A stretch of DNA of 61,909 bases, the filler included, from Choristocarpus tenellus KU-1152 (Eukaryota; Protista; Phaeophyceae), in NCBI GenBank assembly GCA_964200185.2. It is 10 parts of 10 records of this genome, joined end to end, with 100 filler letters (N's around TTAATTAATTAA, not from the genome) between each part and the next. Parts side by side here need not be neighbours in the genome. Positions count along the whole stretch, not along the records: positions 1 to 15,634 come from CAXNAD020000957.1; positions 15,735 to 22,927 come from CAXNAD020006561.1; positions 23,028 to 29,494 come from CAXNAD020008079.1; 7 more parts are not named here. One strand, 5' to 3'. A program made the position numbers and the translations under genes. Positions 13,529 to 25,493 of this stretch are shown piece after piece; position 1 is the stretch's first letter, and each line of letters opens with the position of its first letter. The notes below the pieces were generated by a model that searched no databases, had not been told where the DNA came from, and saw nothing but the letters and a program-made list of their open reading frames with translations.

Positions 13529-14879
13529 GGTTGGCAAGAAAATAGTACTTGGAGTTGTGAATGACTATGGAAGCAGCTTTTTTGAGATGAAACTCCATAT
13601 ATATAGTCACTGAGAGAGAGAGACAAGTAGGATTGCATGGGTTTCCTTTTAATTATTTGCCACTCAGCATGAACCATTAGATATAGCAACAGATTTAATA
13701 CTTTTATAGTGTCGTAGATGTGGAGATGCTGAGTTTATCTAGCAGTAGAGTGCTGGGTCAACCCAAAACTCAATATTTGTTATCCCGCCAATATCATATC
13801 CTCAATATGAGATATGTGGATGCACATAGATCTAGGTTTTGGCTCATACATTTCACATGACCCTCACCATTTTTGCCCTTTTAATTGTGGACCTCAGTGG
13901 CCACTTTACAGTCAAATATTATGTAGATAAATGTTACGTGATTTGATGAACTGTGAAGGATAGCTCTGGATACATATTGTGAGAATTTCCGATTGTAATG
14001 CTCCATGTATAGTTACTGTGCAATAAAAAAGTTTATTGTGATAATTGATCTCTTTCTAAGGTTTAGTTAGGGTTAACCCTCAGACAACTCTATCCACTAC
14101 TGCATATTTGACAATGGCACATTGTTGGCCATTGTTTTTGCTGCTCTGAAACTGATGTTTTGATCTATATAGACTTACTTCACTCTGGTCTCTTGGCAAC
14201 AACTCAAAGAGATTTTCACTACCTTTGGCATGAGAACACACCTGCCACATGATGCTGCTCCAATCTAGTCAGGAGGACTGTGCACAAAATATTTTCTATG
14301 TTAATACTCGGAATAAATAGACTTTGCTGGCAAAATCTTGAGCATATCATGTATACTAGGTTTTTTACCAGATACTACTTTTGTACAGTTTTTGGACTGT
14401 TACTGCCATGAGCAATGAGGTTTCAGATAGACTTGAGTCCCTCTCGAAATTGTCCTTAACATTGAGGATAAGACTTGATGGGAAGCTGAAGGTGGGCATC
14501 CTGTGTGGTTTCTGACTCAGTCTATTGCTTTAAGGAATTTTCATCAGTGGGCTTGGAGTAAATGCTCGATTAGTTTAGTTTATTGAGAGCGATCTATGTG
14601 ATCTTAGATCAGATAAACTGAAAGCAAAAACAATGCCTACACCAATAACCTATGAATGAGTACCCCGGCCTGGTTCTATAATATCCCTACACCCCAGTAC
14701 ACCACCAATCCAAAGTAGCAAGTGCAAGCTCATCAAAATACAGATCACTAACATTTCCAGATACCAATAAACTGAAAATATTGAAAGGCGTAGGTAGACT
14801 CAACTTATTATGGCTCAAACTGAGAAAACAGTGCTAAGCACAGCTAGAGTCGGCCTAAATATCAATACTAAAAAGATGA

Positions 14880-15060
14880 ATAACCCGGATAATTTGATGT
14901 GCAATAGTTGGAGATTCTTCAACTGTTTCCTCAATAGAGGGGTATCCATTAGGATTGAATGGAGAGGTTCCCATGTCTTCTTATCCTCATATCCAAGTCG
15001 GTCTGTATCACTTAATACCCATACTACCCTCCGCAACTTCAGAACAGCGGCCATTTCAAT
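14880..15060 (-). mobile_element. Ty3/Gypsy chromodomain-like integrase C-terminal remnant
   Basis: Translation LGYEDKKTWEPLHSILMDTPLLRKQL fits the chromodomain GY....TWEP pattern of chromoviral integrases. No intact ORF. Confidence 0.5.
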
Positions 15061-15169
15061 GTTATCTTTGGTTACACACATAGTGGAACTTGTGCAAAAG
15101 AGCTGTTCGAATAGAGTTTTGCATTATGTGGTGTGTATGATTTAATTAGCGGAGTGAGCACCATCCCTC

Positions 15170-15372
15170 GAGAGGGTGGGGGTGTCCTGCCTTGTTACTT
15201 ACTGCGCACGTCAGCAGACACGTCAGAATGGGTCTGTGTCAGTTGCACTGCGTCAGTCCTAGCTGTGTCAGTCGTAGCTGCGTCAGCCACCTGTAGCAAA
15301 CCAAAAAGAAACGAACGAGGCCGTTGTGCCTCAAAACCATGACTCCGGGCGTGCAGAGGTCAGTGATGGACA
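15170..15372 (+). mobile_element. Possible polypurine tract plus LTR containing a periodic GTCAG array
   Basis: Purine-rich GAGAGGGTGGGGG (15170-15182) is directly followed by TGTCC. GGACA at 15368-15372 is its inverted partner. Six GTCAG motifs occur at 12-16 bp spacing. Confidence 0.3.
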
Positions 15373-15634
15373 ATAAAGCAACTTGGCTAAAAGCTTTGTT
15401 ACATGCTAAATCGTAGAAAAAGCAAGGAGAAGTAAATTATAAACAGGTATCTTTTTATCCAATCGAATTAATTCTACCTCTTACCCCTCTCTGCTTGGCT
15501 GGAGGAGATCTTCTATAACCGTCAAAGGTGAGTAGGTGCGAAACGTGTCGTGAAAGGTTGCGACAAAAATATAAGACCAGATGAGAAAGATGGTGATAAA
15601 GTGCTATTTAGTAAGATGTCTTAGCTCCTTTTCT

Positions 15635-15734
15635 NNNNNNNNNNNNNNNNNNNNNNNNNNNNNNNNNNNNNNNNNNNNTTAATTAATTAANNNNNNNNNN
15701 NNNNNNNNNNNNNNNNNNNNNNNNNNNNNNNNNN
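15635..15734. other. Artificial contig linker
   Basis: 44 N + TTAATTAATTAA + 44 N (stops in all six frames). Confidence 0.98.
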
Positions 15735-16067
15735 ATGGGCTTGACCCAAAATTGACTGGGAGAAAGTATCGATATGTTTTTTTTTGTATTCTGCCCATCC
15801 TCAATGAAAAGCTCCATCCTCAATTTTTTAAATCTGCTGCTCACTGCCTTCCTGTTGTGCCTCCAACTATATATATCGCCAACAGGAACATGTTCTTTCT
15901 CAGTCATACTATACTGCCCACTATTCCGAAACCGTTGAGTGGAGTAGGTAATCGAAGTTGGAACTTCCCACAAATAATATAATTTATGACATACTACGTA
16001 TTAATGGCATACTATATTCTACATTATTAGGTCCTTTGACATTTTGTAGTTGTGTCAATGGAAAAGC

Positions 16068-16341
16068 TAATTCAATATCATATCAACTCCGATGAAAGTA
16101 ACAGTTGTCGTAAATGTGAAAGATCTATTTTAAACCTATGGTACACCACTACTCCCCTCCTATGCCTTCCAACCTAGCTTAGCCCTACATCATGAGGCGA
16201 GTAGCCAGGGGAGCATTCCAAGAATCTGACAGTCCCCCTCCTTGCCCACCTCCCTTGTGGCTCCAGCTTGAAACACGTCTTGACAGAGCCACTTGTGGTT
16301 GAGACAGACACTATCTGTCGCAAACGGAATTTGATAGCTCC
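16068..16341 (-). mobile_element. CRE-like non-LTR retrotransposon 3' end fragment
   Basis: Encodes KFRLRQIVSVSTT...CFKLE and aligns along its length with 20935-21210, ending at the same AATTCAATATCAT boundary. Confidence 0.65.
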
Positions 16342-18333
16342 AATATAGTATTCTGTATGCTGTTTAGGAGAGCAGGATACCGTTTCCAAGTCAATACTGA
16401 ACTTCCTGTAAAATGCACACTCCTCGCATACACTATCTTCGCTTACGCACCCTGTGCACACCCAGCTAGTACCTCCCGTACACACAGCTACAGTGAGTAG
16501 ACGACTCAATCTTGACGCTGCGGATGCACTTTCCACATTTCCAGTTGTTAACGGTTTGCTCAATGTCTGCCTAAAAATGTATCTGCGTCATTTTCATTGC
16601 CTCTCATCACTATCGAACTTCCGCTTGAAAAGAGGAAGGAAAACACACCATTATTACTGCCTAGGTCTTATCTCTAAAACAATGAACATCAGCCGGAGGT
16701 CTTAAGGCATGTACACGCCCTGGAGCGTACAACAAGAATCCCTCAAGTCAGTGCAGACGGCAATCTACGTCATTGAAACCTGAGCTCACCGAGTAACATA
16801 ACAATAAATTAAAGTACTTCCTTCTGCTGTTTTGTTGTTGAGAATGAGCCCTCTTGGGAAGGTTGACACAAAATAATATGTTAGCACGTGCTTTATTGCT
16901 TGCAGAGGGTTCTAGAACCCCTACAAATCTCAATCAGTTGTTGCTACCAATTTTGTACATCAAATAATTCTGATGGCAACCCTGCACCTAAAATATCAAG
17001 AATACTTGCGTGGATAGTCAGATATAGATATCGCCGCACGAGCAAGTACCGCTGGCTTTCTGTGTCTGCCTTGCTCTTCTTGTTTCCATTCTGATCATGT
17101 CAAGGCTCCTCTTTTACTGCACGCCATTACGGGGCAGGAAGCACCCTATTGCGGATAAGCGGAAAAGAGGCAAAAGCCAATAATCGTCATCAACCGCTGG
17201 TCATTGCTTCGTAGGTTTCCAAGACGAAGGGTGGCTGCATGCCACACGGAAGAGCTTCCATGGGAGATTCAAGAACTGCTTCGGATTTCTTTGAAGATAT
17301 TGTACTCCCAGACTCCTCTCACTTCAGGCTCCAGAGAGGGGGGCGAACAGTTAAAATATGGCGCTATCATAAATAGCTGAGAGGTGTTCCATTGAGAGTT
17401 ATCGTCACCAATGAAAGTTAGAGGGGACTTGCAAAAAGAAGACCAAATGTGCTGCGTAGTATTCATAGCATTTACCAGTCAGGCATTTGGTGACCCATGT
17501 TACTTGGGGGCCAACACAAAAATGTGAAAGTGCTCAATCTATTTAACTGCTGCTGTTATCGAAGTTCAAGGATTACATCTCAGTCTGTTGAGAGAGGACT
17601 TGTGTTTGGGTTCAAAAATAAACAAGACACGGTAAAATCAATACGTACTATTGTATCACTGGCTTTTCTGCGTGAGCATATGGTGCGTAGTATGCAGAAT
17701 GCAGAGAAGACACGATGATGTGTTGCACGGTCGTTAGAATGACATTTATTATTTGCATTATTTATTTTCTTGAGCCTCCATATTTACTGTAGGGAGACAA
17801 TATGTACACAGCTTGCTGCCCACACAAACAGCATGCGTAAAACGTGGCTCCCCACGTTCTTGACCACCCCAGGTTCCTAAAAAGTGACTTGCACGGTCAG
17901 TGACATTCAACCCTCTTTGAAAAATGAAGGGACCTAAGGGCTGAACTTGTTCCGTACACTTAAAGTAACATGGTAGAAATGCGCCTTGCTGATCTCCCAT
18001 TCGCGTCTTTGTAGAGCTTGCTCTACCTTGAAAGAGTGTGTACAGAGTATCCTACTTATATCACCTTATAGGTGAGTCAACACGATCCCTCTTCGCGTCT
18101 CCCGTATCCATGAGCAGTCCCATTGCAGTCACATATCAGAAACCTCGATTGTTCCTGCCGCGACTTGTGACTGTCTCCAAACAACAAACATGATGAACTC
18201 AGCAGCTTCATCAGATCCCCCCCCCCTCTTTGTCGTTCTACCTTCTGTAGAGAAAGTCACATACCTGCCTGACAGACAAGAACCCAAGAAGCAACAACCA
18301 ACTGCTTCCATCATTAATAGAAATATAACAATC

Positions 18334-20385
18334 TTATACGGCCATCAAGGACACCTTGGCCACACCATTCCTCCAGTCGTAAGTCGCCGCAGGGAGGTCT
18401 GCTGTGACATCTTGCATGCCACGGTGGATGTGAATGAAACCCTCGCCACTTTCTGTACCCAAGTTTTCTGTGCTGATATTAGCACAGGCTGGGCCTGGAA
18501 TGAACATGCAATCTTCATTGTTCACCTCAGTTCCTGTGAAAAGGTGAAAGATGCGATGCGGCAAATTACACACGGTAAAAAGGGAAGATGAAACAGCAAT
18601 TCAGTGTTTTTTGCTGCACTATGTTCTGTACATGCTACACACTTTGTCATTTGGCACACTGTCTGTGTGATCCCAATCTCACATACATCTTGTCTCTGCT
18701 ATCAACAGGTAAAATTTGAATTGAATCGTCACAAAGCAACGTGACAAGGCCTATACACTCCCCATCAACACTTGATGCGCGCTCAAGCAGGACATGTTAC
18801 TGTTGGAACTACTCACCATGAAAAGAAAAGAATCATAGAAACAACGGTAAACACGCTCTTTTGAGAGAAGGTTTGACTTTTTAGTCTGAGGTGCACAACA
18901 GTTCCAATCGAAGTTCTCACCTGCATCATAGGCAGGGGGGTACCAAACGCCATACTCCTCGGGAAGTGGCTGACTCTGGATGCCCACAAATGCATCGTTT
19001 GTGTTCACTGCCATTTGTTGCCCAGATTGGACAAGGGCACGTCGGGTTTCAAAGGTTAGATCCAACTCGCTCCAACCCATCCAATCGATGGGGTATAATT
19101 GCACATACTTGGTAACTTTGTACTCCTACGATGTAAGTTACATAGCATGTATAGTGATAGAGTCCTATTGATCCTGACAACACAATTTTACCATAAAATG
19201 CAGTAGATATGCAATGATTTGGAAAAGTGAATCAGAGGTAGAACATCTCGAGAACTACCCTATGCCAACCTCCACGTTAACTCCTGCGATCAGTTATGAC
19301 ACAACCGAGGAGAATACCGACGGATTTTACAGTGTACCACAAGGCAGAGATCATTTTTTTCACACCACAAACTCTACAACGTGCCACCTATTAAGATCAC
19401 CTACGCCCCTTACTTAATAAAATCTAATTGAAAACAACACCACAAGCACTTACCCAGCATTGCTGCCGCAGACACTACAGCATCCTCGCACTCTTCACCG
19501 TATGTGTTCACGGGGATTGTCTCCACGAAGGACTCCCCTGGACCGAGGACAGGGCTCAAGGACACGCCGCACACATACTTCATGACATCCTCGCTTGAAG
19601 CCAGATCCTTCAGGGAGTAGAACACCCGGCGAGCGTCGTGTTAGATCGGGACGATATGTATCTCTGGAGTACAAGAATCGAGGTCGAATTCCATAGAAAT
19701 CTAAAGAAAGATTTGCACATGCTCGTTTAAGGGAGGCAATGAGTCACCGAAGCCACTGTGTTCCGCAGAGGTTAGGGTTGGGTGCAGAGTATCGGCCAAT
19801 GGTACTGCACCTACTGCACCGAGTACCCAACTTTCCGAACTGTCAATGATGCACGTAGAACAATGAAGATCGTCACATCGAAACGAATTTCCGTGTGCGT
19901 GCATGCAAGGTGAGGTGATCCGATAAACATTTTTTCTGTCGTGTGGTTTTCCACCTAAGAGCTTATCTCTCAGCTCTACTGTGGGCTCACCAATAGCGGA
20001 CTGGCATCACCATTCTCTGCCAGGATCTTTAGCTCTGATGAAGCCACTCCCCCTTCCTGGAATATTTGGATCTCCTATTTGTGCAACATAGTACAGGAAG
20101 ACAGTCAGTGTGACTAGCCGTGGCAATCGTGACATGACCAATCACCAACACTAAGGCATGCAGTGAGATAATTATGAACACCACTTCCAGGGTCCGCTCG
20201 GCCGCTGTGAAGGTCAAGAATTCCCTATCCGTCACACTGACCTTGCTGTGCACAACAACGACCACTGGTGAGAGGGGCTGACGATAGGTGAGGTTGATGA
20301 CCTCCACATCATAGTTCGCACTACTGTATACAACGGAGAGGTGACCAGAGGCCAAAATGGTGGCGATAAAAGAGAAAACGCGCAT
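18334..20385 (-). CDS. Secreted Spondin_N domain protein (222 aa, 5 exons, complete)
   Basis: Exons 20385-20242, 20074-19991, 19607-19454, 19007-18921, 18533-18334 total 669 nt in frame. Signal peptide MRVFSFIATILASG. Motifs NLTYRQPLSP, LAENGD, AAMLVNTNDAF, AYDAGTEVNNE, IPGP, EGFIHIHRG, YDWRN. Confidence 0.9.
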
Positions 20386-20649
20386 GTTTCGAGTTCTTTG
20401 AAAGTAGTTAGTGCGATATTATGTTGTGTTGTGATGTGAAGGTGGTTTAGAGATATTATGATAGAAAGTTATTTGCTGGTCGGATCGTTGTACATGGGAC
20501 GATCCCTCCTTTTATCTATTATCCCGAACGAATCTTTGGTTTCTCGGAGAATCGATGTATTTGGTTCTACTGAATCCTCATATGTATGGATTTGGATGAA
20601 ATTGTTAGGTTATATGTCACAACCATTTCCATATTTTGGGATATTTTAT

Positions 20650-20768
20650 ATGAAATTTTGTGATGTTCTCAAGTTTAGGATATTTTATTTCAGCTCTAAT
20701 AAGGACATATGTATAGTTTTCATTGGTTTCCCCCCTGACACATCTGCAAAATGTCAGAGGGCGTAATA
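20650..20768 (+). repeat. Dispersed repeat ending in a hairpin (copy 1 of 3)
   Basis: CCCCTGACACATCTGCAAAATGTCAGAGGGCGTAAT. Matches 24941-25070 (reverse) over ~120 bp and 59078-59135. Confidence 0.8.
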
Positions 20769-20934
20769 ATATATATAGTACATAACTTCACTTTTACCGC
20801 TTCATCCACCCACACATTCTTTGCAATATAGAATCTGGGTGGAGGAAATCAATAAAATAGCGAAATGGATCCCTTTTGGAAGTATATATTATTTTTATTA
20901 CTGTCCTTTGACCAGGAAAAGAACAATGAAAAGT

Positions 20935-21385
20935 CAATTCAATATCATAACAACCAATGGAATAGTGATAGTTGTAAATGTGAAAGATTTATTCCTATTT
21001 ACTACCACCTATACTACACCACTCCTGTGCCTCCAACCTATCATAGCCCTACACACCACAAGGCGAGGGAGGTATAGAAGCATCGCAAGAATCTGACAGG
21101 CCTCCTTTCCCACCTCCCTTGTGCCTCCAACTTAGAACATATGACACGTTTTGATAGAATCACTTGTCTTGTGGCAGACACTATCTGTCGTAAACTGGAT
21201 TTGAAAACTCCTTTCCTGATGTAGCCTCCCATCCCTCTCCCCTCTACCGCTTACGTAGGCAACTCATCCAGAAAATCTTCTGATTGCTTGCCGAGGTGAC
21301 CCAAACTTTCCACTCTGAAAGTGTTGAGGTTAAAAGTATGAGGGTCAAAAGAACCCTCATGCCCTAACCCTTTTGCATATATTTT
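20935..21385 (-). mobile_element. CRE-like non-LTR retrotransposon 3' end (restriction-like endonuclease tail plus 3' UTR), degraded
   Basis: SFDPHTFNLNTFRVESLGHLGKQSEDFLDEL ... KSSLRQIVSATRQV fits the RLE C-terminal VE..G..G..A..FL..LA signature. Contains stops and frameshifts. Confidence 0.7.
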
Positions 21386-21689
21386 TTGCCCTCGGATATT
21401 TTCCAAGTGTGCGTGAGGGAAAGAATCAATTTTGTATGGAATTTGTATGTACACTGTATTCAAGATTCAGAAAGGATTCTACCTATCCCTCAACTTCAAT
21501 CAGTTCGATTTGTATTTTATGGTGGTTTCTATGTTTTTATTACAGCTCTTGATGTTTAAAAAAAAACAATTTGTTTGTTTGGCGTTTTTTATTGTTCGGA
21601 CTAGTTTTTGCAGGATGGATGTGGGGTATGCTACCTGTCAGAAGTATTTTGGGGTGATAAACGTCTGCTATTGAGCTATGATGAGCACA

Positions 21690-21895
21690 ACGCAACACCT
21701 TTGCGGTGGAAAGTCTTGGGCGCCTCGGCAAGGAAGCGGAATGCTTCCTGGATGAGCTGGCTACTCATATTGTAGGGGGGCGAGGGGCAGGAGGTTATAA
21801 TAGTAAAGGAGTGGTTAAATCCCGGCTACGCCAAATTGTCTTGGTAAATATGCAAGTGGCACTGTACAGACGTGTCATGCGTTTCAAGCTGGAAT
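21690..21895 (+). mobile_element. CRE-like non-LTR retrotransposon RLE-tail fragment
   Basis: FAVESLGRLGKEAECFLDELATHIVGG...RLRQIVLVNMQVALYRRVMRFKLE, homologous to the inverted copy at 21130-21330. Confidence 0.7.
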
Positions 21896-22773
21896 CTGGA
21901 AACCCATATCGATTTTGAGTTCGTATGGGTACTATGAAACGCCACTACTCACAACCTTAACCTTCAATATCAGAACGGAATGAGGTGGATATTATTTGCG
22001 TTTGGGAAAATCGCTACCATCGCTGAACAGAGGTCATCAAACCTCTCAACTTGTTATTGACCAGTACCGTACAGATAGCATTTGGTAAACAAAGACATGA
22101 TTCTGTCAACAAACGTTACATATTTTACGTTCTTCGTTGCTATATCCTATTGTGCGATCTCCTCCTAAGAGCATAGCAAATTGTACATTGCCTTGGAACT
22201 ATTGCAGCCTATCGTGGAGTAAATGGATTGGGTAACTAATTAACAGGTTCTCCTACCATAATGTTTTACATGTCCTACATATCTGGCATTGCCGTACAGA
22301 ATCACAACCTATCGTGCAAGTGAAGATAATATTGGATAGCTGGTAAAGGTCTCGGTCGACCCTGCTCACAACTATGCTTGACTCAGATCTATCGTTGTCA
22401 AGTATCATTATCCACAGATTGGACATCTTGTGAATAGAACAGCATGAATACAACGTCACATTGTCATAAATAGTACATCCCATCTTATTGTGAAGTGTTT
22501 AGACAACTAGTAAAGATTTCAGTCGACCCTTTTCACAACCACCCTTGACTTCACATTTCGTATTTACCAATTCTACCAGCCCCTCATATATAGCCCGTGT
22601 GTAAAACTTTGAAGGGCGTTTAGATAAAAATTATGATTATCTCTGAACTTGTGTCGTTTTGCCATGGGAGATTGTACACGGTGGTGAAGAGAATATCTCC
22701 CACTTGGCACATTTGCATATGTTTATCCTAGGTGACTGTTTTATTGCTTTGGGTCTTTCTTTCGTGAAATGTG

Positions 22774-22927
22774 GGCTCAATGTATCTGGGGGAGGGGGGT
22801 TGCGGCTGTCCATTTGGGGCCAATTTTTTCATGTCGCGATTTTTTTGTGATTCGGTTGCATACGTCGGATGGATAATGTAGGTGCACTTTTCCTGGTTTT
22901 GACCCAAATGGACACCCTGGTGTAGAC
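22774..22927 (+). mobile_element. MITE family A, truncated by contig end
   Basis: Collinear with the complete copy at 61423-61598. Confidence 0.85.
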
Positions 22928-23027
22928 NNNNNNNNNNNNNNNNNNNNNNNNNNNNNNNNNNNNNNNNNNNNTTAATTAATTAANNNNNNNNNNNNNNNNN
23001 NNNNNNNNNNNNNNNNNNNNNNNNNNN
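22928..23027. other. Artificial contig linker
   Basis: 44 N + TTAATTAATTAA + 44 N. Confidence 0.98.
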
Positions 23028-23095
23028 TTTTCTTATTTTGGCACATATGGATCCCCTTTGGTAGAGCCCCCCCCCCCTCCCAGATACTTTGGGTC
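23028..23095 (+). mobile_element. MITE family A right end
   Basis: Ends poly-C + CAGATACTTTGGGTC. Confidence 0.8.
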
Positions 23096-24413
23096 ATTTA
23101 TGTATGGATGCGATATTCTACGTTAGAGCAGTCATCAATTATGCTTCTACTGCACCTTACCAGTAAAGGGGTTTGCCACTAACAGCACGGCTGCAGCCAC
23201 TAACAAAACCTTGCTATTAATATTACCCAATGAGGATTTTTCGGTGCTGAATCCGTTAATGCCACGACTTGAGTACTAGACAGTTCGATATATTTCTGTA
23301 CCTTATCGTGTTGGTCATGATGGTGATGGTTCTACTTTGCCGTTCTTGCCATTTGTAAAATTGCTTCTGCACCCCTTACTACTATGGAGGTATCTTTTCT
23401 GGATCCCTTTGTAGTGCTCGAGGTTGGAATGTTATTGTTTTGCTGAATGATGGAGGTTTTCCTGCTGGATGGATCTCTCCCAGTGAACCCTGTACTTGTT
23501 TTTACCCTCTGGTGTAGGTATTGTATGAAGAAACTGATACAACATACATATAAGGAACTGAAGGAGTTGTTCTTTTGGTACATTTCAAGGAATTGCCTTT
23601 TTCAAGATTTTGTCCTTGACATGCCTGGATATATTTGATTGCATTCAATTTTCTCTTTTTTCTCCTTCCTTTTATAATTTCTCAGCTTTCTTGTTGAATT
23701 TTCATGTTAATCTTTTCGTTCTGGTTGCTAGGTTCCTATGGTTGGGTACCAGGTATATCGCTGACAGTATAAGCAAGCTAGATCTAATATACCCTCAGTG
23801 ATGTTCTTCACTGTCATCATCATGCCATACTGCCTACTAAACCACAACAACCCCACTTATTGACATTGCTGCGGTTCTTATGTGCACTAAGCTTTCCTAC
23901 ATCATATGTGTACGCGTACCTTCCTGTGTACCAACATCTATCTGAAGAATGGAAACAAGTTAACACCTGAGACAATGCAACACTTAATGTCAGAGTTACC
24001 GTAGGCCGTTGGACCATTTTCGGATGGTAACGTCCATTATCCAGGATAACATATTCGGACATTTGCTCAACTGCTAACTACATCGTTTCACACATAGGTT
24101 GATCTCCTCAATCAAGCCTGGCTATGCGCAAAGGTTGTGAAGCACGGAAGAAAGCGACGAGAATAGAAGAGATGACTGTATGTACCTGTAGAAAGGAAGA
24201 GGAAGCAATGCATAAACGAATTTTTTTTTATCTATCGTTCAAGATGACACATGCTGCTCATATTGCCAATTGCCTATCAAAATTTTGGGATCCCTTGTAC
24301 TGTAACGTTTTGTCCAGGACAATGGTTGCAGACTGTCGGTCTGAAATGTGAGCCTAGCCAATGAAAAATTTGGCAGATTTGAACCCTTGTGTATTGTAAG
24401 CAATTTTTCCGTA

Positions 24414-25493
24414 CCCTGTGTGCAATATTCAATTTCATTGCTTTTCGTGTACGATAGTGTTCGCAAATTGAACTTTCCCTTTCCACACACAAAGTAGCAC
24501 CACAATTAAACAAAGGACCTTTCTGTAATGGTACAAAATGGCGTCTTATTGCCCTTCTTCGGAATCCCTATTATGCAACCCTACCTACCTCTCGGTTGGT
24601 TTGGCTCTGTCCGTTTTTCGATAAACTGTCGAGCTCAAAGCTCAGCAACATCTCATCTTCTTCTGCTCTCCAGCAAACAATCACTCATCAAGTTTATTTG
24701 CCGTATTCTTTCGTCCATTGTCTAGAATGTTTTCCTGTATGCGCAATGATAGACAAGGAGTTGTGTGACAGGAGCATTGCATTATCCTTGGTGTGAGCCA
24801 GTGTAACTCGCATTAAAGAGTATTATCTGTGAACTATCGTAGTCGTGACTTTCGGCAGAGACATTTAGGGACGCTACTCAATTATTTGGCTCATGACAAG
24901 CCTTGAAAATCAACACAACACATACATATTAGACATTTATTATTATGCCCTCTGACATTTTGCAGATGTGTCAGGGGGGAAACCAATCTAAACTATATAT
25001 ATGAATACATGTCGTTATTAGCCCGAAAGAAATAAAATATCCTAAACATAAGAACACTATAAAACATTGTAAGTGTGGAAACCACTAATCAGTTACTTCA
25101 CCACATATCAGTTGGCGTTTCAAAGCACCCATTCTCATTATTTCATGATATCTCGTTTCGAATCAAGCCATGATAAAGTTCTTTGGGTGTTAATAGTTTG
25201 GCGCCAGCAAAAATTGAAGTATCGTAACATTTTATTTGGAGTTATTTTGATGGTTGAGATAGTTCTATTCAATTAAACCCTAATTGATATTGTACAAATA
25301 ACTTTCACTGAAAAGATATAAAATGTCAAAGCAAGTGAGAGGTAGGTAGGGTTGTATTGTAAGGTTCGTGAGAATGACAAAAATATGAGCTTTGACTAAA
25401 CTTTGGTGTCACTTTGTGTTTAGAAAGGGGGAACACCGATTTTAGTTTAAGATTGTGCGTATGTAAGTCAAAGAATTAGTGTATTGCGCAGGT
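24414..25493. mobile_element. ~1.1-kb non-autonomous element with long imperfect inverted arms
   Basis: 24414-24594 is an imperfect inverted match to 25337-25493, including a perfect 18-bp CAACCCTACCTACCTCTC / GAGAGGTAGGTAGGGTTG. A further arm lies at ~40410-40593. Exact termini are uncertain. Confidence 0.6.
24941..25070 (-). repeat. Dispersed hairpin-ended repeat (copy 2 of 3)
   Basis: TATTATGCCCTCTGACATTTTGCAGATGTGTCAGGGGGGAAACCAAT is the reverse complement of the 20722-20768 segment (one mismatch). Confidence 0.8.

Noticed and set aside
15679-15690. TTAATTAATTAA recurring nine times as a possible biological repeat or recombination site
   Set aside because: Always centred between exactly 44 N on each side, so it is a synthetic contig spacer.
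24528-24725. Apparent paralogous peptides LPFFGIPIMQPYLPL and LPFLGILKIQPYLPL (40215-40619)
   Set aside because: Explained by shared non-coding inverted-repeat arm DNA.
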